Source: a virus
Length of the DNA: 64,000 nucleotides
Strand: one strand, 5' to 3'
Virus record (IMG/VR): IMGVR_UViG_3300025543_005580
Coordinates: 47,990-111,989 of that record
Position 1 is the stretch's first letter. The number at the start of each line of letters is the position of its first letter. Made by a program: the position numbers and the translations under genes. Positions 57,033 to 64,000 of this stretch are shown piece by piece. Below the pieces are notes generated by a model, which searched no databases, had not been told where the DNA came from, and saw only the letters and a list, made by a program, of their open reading frames with translations.

Positions 57033-58088
57033 TTAAAAGTCTAGCTTTACGCGGATTAGTGCTTCTTTGGTAAAATCTTTAACTAACGGTCTTGATAATT
57101 TAGCTACAGCTAATAATTCATTTGTATCACTATATAATCCAACAGTTGTCATATATGTTTGTGGATTATTAATAAAACTACTATATAATACTTCACCTGT
57201 TGATCCTGAAATAAAGGATGGGTTTGCTGAGTAATTATATTCTGAACTTCTTGGTCTTACAAATATAAAATCTGAAGTAATTGTTTCTTCTGAATTTATA
57301 AAGAATGGTTTATTAATTGCTCCTCCTAAAGATCCACTAATAGCTCTAAATAATTGTGAGGGAGCTGATGTATTAGAATTATATACCGCTGAACCACTAT
57401 ATCCTGAACCACTGTAAATAAGACCACAACCGCCAGATGCTAATGATCCACTTAAAGCAAATGGATTTAATATAATTGCTCCAATATCTGGGAGTAACCA
57501 TCCATATGACCCGGAATTTGTAGTATATCCTGTTGATGTATCATTTGCAGATGGAGATACAACACCTTGTGAGCCTGAGATTAATTGGAATACACGACCT
57601 GCTTCGTTAAATTGAACAGAAGTTACATAATTACTATTATCTGTTAATTCCAATACCCCTAAAGACCCAGAAATTCGTAGTGCTGTTGATCCAAGGAATA
57701 TTTTTTCTTTATAACATGCTCTTTCAAAAGGCATAGCAAAGAATTCAGATGAAGTAAAGTTACCAAATACAAAATCTGCATTTTCATCTCCTAAAACTAA
57801 ATCTTGCCATTGACCATAAACTGTTGAAGTTGGCGATTTACCATCAACTGCTGGGTTGTATACGGCACTACCACTTCCATATGAATTACCATAAGTTAAA
57901 GCAAATTGAACTGATTCGGTTGCTGATGTTTGGTAAACATTTAAATAAAAATCACCTGATGATCCAGCAGCCTGTGCTGAGGATGTAAATGCTGTTGTAA
58001 GTGATGGAGAACCGTCAGTCCACAATGTTGAGGAGATTGAATCTGCGGATACTACGAAATCGTCGTCTGTTAATCTTGTAAATGACAT
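57033..58088 (-). CDS. Putative baseplate/tail-collar protein (351 aa), paralogous C-terminus
   Basis: YMTTVGLYS...LLAVAKLSRP, shared with the downstream gene. Confidence 0.6.
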   Translation of the reverse strand: MSFTRLTDDDFVVSADSISSTLWTDGSPSLTTAFTSSAQAAGSSGDFYLNVYQTSATESVQFALTYGNSYGSGSAVYNPAVDGKSPTSTVYGQWQDLVLGDENADFVFGNFTSSEFFAMPFERACYKEKIFLGSTALRISGSLGVLELTDNSNYVTSVQFNEAGRVFQLISGSQGVVSPSANDTSTGYTTNSGSYGWLLPDIGAIILNPFALSGSLASGGCGLIYSGSGYSGSAVYNSNTSAPSQLFRAISGSLGGAINKPFFINSEETITSDFIFVRPRSSEYNYSANPSFISGSTGEVLYSSFINNPQTYMTTVGLYSDTNELLAVAKLSRPLVKDFTKEALIRVKLDF

Positions 58089-58098
58089 ATTTTATATT

Positions 58099-58755
58099 TT
58101 ATGATGCTTTATTTACAGTTACTGGAATTGTTACTCTAGCACCACTATCTCTACCTACTACAGTTAAAGTAGCATATAAAGAAGTTGAACTAGAACCAAA
58201 CAATGTGTTTACTGTAGTTGCTCTTAAGTTAATTGTTGTACCTACTACTGTTTTAGATACACTTGTACCTACTGTTGTTGTTGAATTTAAAGCCTGTACT
58301 TCAGGGGTATTAATACCTACACCATCAAATGAATTAAATAATCTAACATCTGATATGGTTGCGGTATAACCTGCGGTTTCAAATGTATTTCCTCCAAAAT
58401 AATTTAATGTTTGAGGAGTAATTGCTAATGAAGCTCCTTGTTTAATTACAATTGCATTGTATCCTAAATCTAAGATTGGCATTTTAGCAGTACCACGAGG
58501 TAAAGTAACTAATTTATATTTCATTACTTGTGTTTCTTGTGGAAACGCTTCTAGTAAAGGCATGTTTTGTAATGCTTCACCATAATATGCAGAACCTGAG
58601 GGGTGGTTTGGATTATACAATGTATAATCGATTTCATCATCAGCTAATGCAAACTGTGTAATACGGAATGAACCGTCATTTTGAGCTAACATTTGACGTC
58701 CTTTTGTTGTCAAAATGGCATCTACTGTTACTACCGAATTATTTAAATATCCCAT
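58099..58755 (-). CDS. Putative baseplate protein (218 aa)
   Basis: DAILTTKGRQMLA...ITQFALADDEIDY N-terminus; late motif at 58773-58780. Confidence 0.6.
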   Translation of the reverse strand: MGYLNNSVVTVDAILTTKGRQMLAQNDGSFRITQFALADDEIDYTLYNPNHPSGSAYYGEALQNMPLLEAFPQETQVMKYKLVTLPRGTAKMPILDLGYNAIVIKQGASLAITPQTLNYFGGNTFETAGYTATISDVRLFNSFDGVGINTPEVQALNSTTTVGTSVSKTVVGTTINLRATTVNTLFGSSSTSLYATLTVVGRDSGARVTIPVTVNKAS

Positions 58756-58782
58756 TTGTTATTTGTTTTCGTTATAAATATA

Positions 58783-61700
58783 TTAAGTTGTTGAAATTAA
58801 ACCATTATCTGTGAGGTTTCGCACGATACTTGAGAGGTTTTCTTTAAGTAATGGTGTTTGAAACTCAGGTAATATAAATCCGGGTTGCATTACAGCCCCA
58901 GGACCATCTATTATTATTGAATTTTTTTGAAATACATTTCTTCTAAATACATAATAATCTTTATCTACACTATTCATATCCAATGGTTTAGGAAAATAAA
59001 CAAATAAATTATATTTAGTAGGATTTGATAATACATCTACTTCATATTCTACTTTACTTATTTCTACTACTTTTTGTTCAGTTCCATTATATCTAATTTC
59101 ATCATTTTGTTGTAAATTGAATAGAAGGGGGTATTGGAACCCACTTCCAGGTACATTAGCCTGAACATAATTATATGCTTGGGCTAACTCTTGAGAAGCG
59201 GTTATAACTGATGTAAAATTACTAGATCCAGAATCATACAGCCACGATCCTGTAGTTTGTACTGTTATTGTTTGATCCAAAGGATATAATCGAAAATGTG
59301 GTTGATCGTTAAATATATCAAAGTCTTTTATTGTTAAATTTCCCGAACTTGTATTCTCTACGTTTATCCAGTATGAATTTCCAGATATAAGTTTTACATC
59401 TTTAGTTATATCTAGGTTAAATTCTACACCAGTTGTTCCTCTAGGTACTGATGATGATGCTATTAGTTGATTTCCTAAAGAACTACTTTCGTATAATTTT
59501 ACGGCAAACGTTCCAGTATTAGCATTTGTACATTCTAAATCGATATCTATTCTGGCTAAAATATTGGACGATTGGCTAACATAATATTGGTATTGTCCAG
59601 TTTGATTAAATCCCCATCCTATAGCTTGGTCATCAAATACAAAAGTAGGTTCATATCTTTTTACTGAGTTTGATGATACTGTTATATTACTAGTATTAGT
59701 AACATAAGTATTGAAATTAGCAAATTCATTCGGATCAGGAATAAAAGACATTGTAGTATAACTTCCTGATACTAAAAAATCATTTCCTAAAGAACCTGTA
59801 TCTGAGTATATAATTGGTTTAATTTTAGTAGCAGGGAGATGAACATTATAAGTTCCTGCTACAGTTGATCCCGTATCTGTAGGTACAAAAGTAATTTTAC
59901 TATCTTTCCCAAACGCAGAATATAAATTAGGTAAATAAGAAGATTCTGATTCTTGGGGTTCGTAGGTATTTCCTAATTCATCTACCATAAACCCAATTGT
60001 GTATAAAGCACTACCAGATCTATCAGCAATATTATTAAAATTACCTCCGGGGCTATATAAGAAATATGCTGAAGTGTGGTCAATTGATGCTAAACCATCA
60101 TCTGTTATTGCATTTAATTTAGGTGATGTATTTTTAGTCCCTAAATATCTTGGATTTATATTACGTAATAATGTATAATTTGAATTTTGTACATTAGCTT
60201 TTGGAGCACTACCATTTAATATTGCTCTTTCATTTACAGCTGTTACCGCATTTGATGAATAATCTACATCATAATATCTATTTGATACTCTATTAAAAGA
60301 AGCATTATTTAAAATAACATTACAATCACTAACAGGAAATGATGGTTGAACAAATGGTTCGATAGAAGTTACTGTGTTTAAATCCCAAGTACCTAATTGA
60401 GGTGCTACTATTGGGGTTGAACCAGATAGAGCAGAAATAAATTGGTTTTGTTGAATTAATATAGATACATTTGAACTTAAGGCACTGATTAAGTAATAAT
60501 TATCAACCCCTGGATATGCTATATTTTCTTGAATAGTTTCCCTTACTATTTCAACATGAGGACCTCCTATAAGTGTAGGACCTGATGTAACTCCAGACCA
60601 ATCTACAGGGAGTGAAATATCTGATTGTTGGAGATTTATAAAGGGAAATGAAAAATTTAATGCTTGTGGGATAATAGATGATAAATTAACGCCATTTGAA
60701 GATGTATCACTTAAACCTATTTGTTTGATAGTATAATAATAATTTACTATAGCAATATTTGTAGGATCTCTTTCTATTCTATCTAAAGCCCACCATAATA
60801 TAACTCTACCATTTGTAGTATTATAAAGATGAGCATTACTCCATCCTGATTGAGTACCAGAAAAATATGAAGAAGAGAAATTAGTTTCTGTTGTGTTGGG
60901 TGTTTTAAAAGGATCACATTCTGTATTAAGTTCTCCATTAGTAACAACAAATGCAGATCCACTTAATTCACCATCATAAAATTCATGTTGGTCATTATTT
61001 ACAAATTCAACTGATCCTGATAATGATGGTGTTGAACCGGTCCAACTTTGTGTTATAGGAATTATATTAAACCCAGGACCACTTCCTGATATTTCACCTT
61101 CTAAATCAGGCATTGATCCACCATTTCCGGCACTATATTCTCCTATTTCAATAGAAGCAGTATATATATCTTCTGAATATGTTGCTTGAGGAACAGGGAA
61201 TTTATTTCTTTCAAGTAAATGTTGTTTAATTACAACCCCAGCAGCTAAAGATGATCTAGCAGGGATAAAATCTTGTAACATTTTAAATAATGAATTATCT
61301 AAATATTTAATTAAACGTACATAATCAAATATATTATATTCATTTTTATATTTAGCAAAATATTCGTCTCTTAACGTATCTAATTGTGGATATGTTTCGG
61401 ATGATGACGATACCTGCCTTGGGTCACCAATGTAGTCACCTATGTTAAGATACCCGATACTATCGATAATATCATCGTTTATTTCGTTTTGAGGTGAAAA
61501 TGCTACTTCAACATAATCTAAATCATGAGTATAACTTTCACTTGCATAAGTATTTTGTTGTACTCGGATAAACGGAGATAATGAAGTATTTGGTATTGTA
61601 TTAGATAATGATCCTGTATATGGTAATACTATAGATGATTGTTTTATTTTATCAGAAACTCTATTTTTTATACCAGCTGGAAATTGATCTAAATAAATAT

Positions 61701-64000
61701 ATTCTTCTTTAGATGTAAATCTACCACCTTCTATTGCAAAACTACTATTAGTACTAAAAGATTGTGTTATTGATGAACCTGTTACTTTTGGATGTATTGA
61801 TGTTGAACCGGTGTACAATTCACCACCTAAAGATGCTCTAAATGCTAATTGATTTGCTGATTGGTAGACGGAATTACCCTCAATAGAGTTATGATTCATT
61901 ACATAATCATTAAATACACTTTGAGATAATGCGGGGATGTAATATCTAATTTCTTGTAGAGAACCGCTAAATTTATCAAATGTTGATATATTAGCGAAAG
62001 TTGAAGTAGTACCAGAAATATATGGAGATGGGTCTTCAGTAAAAGAAACTGAACCTGTAAATCCAATTGAAGATCCTTCTTCACCCGTATATATATTATT
62101 ACCTGCTAATAATGTAAATGTATTAAGTGAAGGATCAGGGTCGTAAGCTTCTTTTGTAACTGCAACAGACCACCATCCACCATCAAAGAAAGGTAGATAA
62201 ATACTTTCTGTAGTTCCATTTACAGATAATACTAATTTAGCATATTCATTTTCTGGGTTGGGGATTGAACCACTATATGAACCAGAAGTGTATCCTGAAC
62301 CTGTATATTGGAGATACAATTCTACATCAGTATCTAATTTCCATAAACTTTGTGTAGGTGAAGATATTGCTGAATCTAATCCTGGGGTTTTAAAACGGAA
62401 TTGAACTGTATTTGGAACAAAATTACCTGATGGGTCTTGCCAAGAATTATTTAATGCAAATTCTGATTCTATATACCCATCTGCTTGGGTATCCCATTTA
62501 TAATCATATTGGTTTTGCCAAAAATCATAATCATCAGAATCATCTATATCTTTACCACCAAATTCATTTACACGTAAGATTGTATCAGGAATACCATATA
62601 ATGATATTAATGATTTTAAACCAGCAACTGTACCTTTTTTCTTAAGTAAATATGGTAAATTATGATATATTCTTTTATAGATAGATTTATTAATATCATC
62701 TACTGGGTATAATGAACCTGTTGCTGATGCTGTTATATAAGTATCAATATATTCATATCCTGGAGGTGATGGTAATGAACCTGTGGTATTAGGTAAATTA
62801 AATAAACTGCCTGAAGGGGTAATACCTAATAAGGCACTATATAAATCTCCTGTTGAAAAATTATTTTGATATATATTTACACCTAAATCTCTAATTGCTT
62901 GAGCAATTAAATCTTTTGATATACCATAATTTAATCTATTATCAGCATCAAACTTATTTGTAACATCTTTTAAATATACCCATACATTATCATAATTTTG
63001 TCCTATCATTTCAACAAATAACTCGTAAGGAGCATTTGCTAAGTCATCTAAAATATATGATGGAATTGAATTAATTAAAGCATTATTGTTTTCACTATCA
63101 AAATATTCGGCTACTGCTGATTGGCTAGTTAGGAAATTTTGTCCTGCTGTAGAAACTGTAGTTGCATTAGTATATGGAAATGTATTATTTGTTTTAGGCC
63201 AAGAAGTTGATCCTGAAGTATAATATAAGTGATATTCATACCCATCAAAATTAGTAATAATATCATCTATTTTAGATTGATATATTACATTACTAGATGA
63301 TACATAATAATTAGAAGTAGTATTATCTGATAAACTGGCACTATTATTATATTCTTCTATAAGAGATAATTTATAATAAAAATTTTCTAATCTAGTTTGT
63401 GCTGAGGAGAAATTAATGAATTGAGAATAATCATTATAATCAATATTTATTTTAATTCCCTTATTAGCTAATAAACTATTTATTTGGTATTGTAAACTAC
63501 CTGATCCTTGTGATGAAGTAGTTTGAGATAAAGAAGAATAATTACCATATTCTGTGGAATTATTTATTTGGTCCTTAATAGCTAAATTAACATTAGGACC
63601 TTTTAAATAAATGTTTTGATCATTTGTGTCAAAAACCGTTGTAATATTAATATTATATGCTTGAGGTTCTGCTACTTTTTCAACTACCCATAATGTAGTA
63701 TTAACTGAGAAGTCTTGGGGTAATGGTTCATATAATTTAATTAATACTGTTGGGTTATTAACGTCAGAATCATCTAATAACACATTATTAGCTATAACTA
63801 GTTGATTATACCCAAAATTAAGGTAAAAATCAGGATATGCTAGTGATGATGATTGATTTTGTTCAATAAATTCTGCAGTAGATCCGATTATATCTGTAGT
63901 GGATATATCAGTACTATTTAATCTAATTTCTGTTCTATTAGTAGATATTTCACTAATATAGTATAAAGTAGATCCATTTGAACCTAATAATGGTCTTAAA
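58783..64000 (-). CDS. Large baseplate wedge-like protein with LamG-like domain, 5'-truncated by the window edge
   Basis: The frame stays open from 63783 to the window end (YYISEISTNRTEIRL). Contains the LLKKKGTVAGL..YG wedge motif and DGGWWSVAVT...FSGSLQEIRYY LamG-like motif. Confidence 0.7.
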   Translation of the reverse strand, partial: LRPLLGSNGSTLYYISEISTNRTEIRLNSTDISTTDIIGSTAEFIEQNQSSSLAYPDFYLNFGYNQLVIANNVLLDDSDVNNPTVLIKLYEPLPQDFSVNTTLWVVEKVAEPQAYNINITTVFDTNDQNIYLKGPNVNLAIKDQINNSTEYGNYSSLSQTTSSQGSGSLQYQINSLLANKGIKINIDYNDYSQFINFSSAQTRLENFYYKLSLIEEYNNSASLSDNTTSNYYVSSSNVIYQSKIDDIITNFDGYEYHLYYTSGSTSWPKTNNTFPYTNATTVSTAGQNFLTSQSAVAEYFDSENNNALINSIPSYILDDLANAPYELFVEMIGQNYDNVWVYLKDVTNKFDADNRLNYGISKDLIAQAIRDLGVNIYQNNFSTGDLYSALLGITPSGSLFNLPNTTGSLPSPPGYEYIDTYITASATGSLYPVDDINKSIYKRIYHNLPYLLKKKGTVAGLKSLISLYGIPDTILRVNEFGGKDIDDSDDYDFWQNQYDYKWDTQADGYIESEFALNNSWQDPSGNFVPNTVQFRFKTPGLDSAISSPTQSLWKLDTDVELYLQYTGSGYTSGSYSGSIPNPENEYAKLVLSVNGTTESIYLPFFDGGWWSVAVTKEAYDPDPSLNTFTLLAGNNIYTGEEGSSIGFTGSVSFTEDPSPYISGTTSTFANISTFDKFSGSLQEIRYYIPALSQSVFNDYVMNHNSIEGNSVYQSANQLAFRASLGGELYTGSTSIHPKVTGSSITQSFSTNSSFAIEGGRFTSKEEYIYLDQFPAGIKNRVSDKIKQSSIVLPYTGSLSNTIPNTSLSPFIRVQQNTYASESYTHDLDYVEVAFSPQNEINDDIIDSIGYLNIGDYIGDPRQVSSSSETYPQLDTLRDEYFAKYKNEYNIFDYVRLIKYLDNSLFKMLQDFIPARSSLAAGVVIKQHLLERNKFPVPQATYSEDIYTASIEIGEYSAGNGGSMPDLEGEISGSGPGFNIIPITQSWTGSTPSLSGSVEFVNNDQHEFYDGELSGSAFVVTNGELNTECDPFKTPNTTETNFSSSYFSGTQSGWSNAHLYNTTNGRVILWWALDRIERDPTNIAIVNYYYTIKQIGLSDTSSNGVNLSSIIPQALNFSFPFINLQQSDISLPVDWSGVTSGPTLIGGPHVEIVRETIQENIAYPGVDNYYLISALSSNVSILIQQNQFISALSGSTPIVAPQLGTWDLNTVTSIEPFVQPSFPVSDCNVILNNASFNRVSNRYYDVDYSSNAVTAVNERAILNGSAPKANVQNSNYTLLRNINPRYLGTKNTSPKLNAITDDGLASIDHTSAYFLYSPGGNFNNIADRSGSALYTIGFMVDELGNTYEPQESESSYLPNLYSAFGKDSKITFVPTDTGSTVAGTYNVHLPATKIKPIIYSDTGSLGNDFLVSGSYTTMSFIPDPNEFANFNTYVTNTSNITVSSNSVKRYEPTFVFDDQAIGWGFNQTGQYQYYVSQSSNILARIDIDLECTNANTGTFAVKLYESSSLGNQLIASSSVPRGTTGVEFNLDITKDVKLISGNSYWINVENTSSGNLTIKDFDIFNDQPHFRLYPLDQTITVQTTGSWLYDSGSSNFTSVITASQELAQAYNYVQANVPGSGFQYPLLFNLQQNDEIRYNGTEQKVVEISKVEYEVDVLSNPTKYNLFVYFPKPLDMNSVDKDYYVFRRNVFQKNSIIIDGPGAVMQPGFILPEFQTPLLKENLSSIVRNLTDNGLISTT

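Noticed and set aside
1-64000. Stop-codon recoding
   Set aside because: Core genes are full length in the standard code; TAG ends the capsid and PhoH genes and TGA ends the primase gene.

Overview
About 64 kb of an AT-rich large dsDNA myovirus-type (T4-superfamily-like) phage genome. Essentially all real genes are on the minus strand in the standard code. The host is probably Bacteroidota, based on TTTG-N19/20-TAnnTTTG promoters, A-rich starts without Shine-Dalgarno sites, an Hc1-like small protein and D-(S/T)-x sequons. In transcription order (64000 to 1): baseplate/tail-collar-like proteins; EndoII-like GIY-YIG nuclease, primase and PD-(D/E)XK exonuclease; a ~16 kb block of putative head-packaged proteins; a small FAD-oxidoreductase/cupin/kinase module; terminase, portal, core proteins, prohead protease, scaffold, major capsid, PhoH, neck and tail-terminator genes; then four Gly-X-Y fibre genes including a 4333-aa Gly-Thr-Ser protein. 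The best candidates for an undescribed system are: (1) a cassette array in which six genes share a conserved DNA/peptide leader (MDNFDLKKYLAEG(R/K)L) on unrelated cargo, plus polyproteins whose domain junctions fall at gp21-like (L/I/V)-x-E sites; (2) a pervasive (S/T)-(G/A/Q/S)-S motif in external virion proteins, possibly a modification sequon; (3) a late-promoter-like motif that is the reverse complement of the T4 late promoter. All family assignments come from motif recognition; no database search was run.
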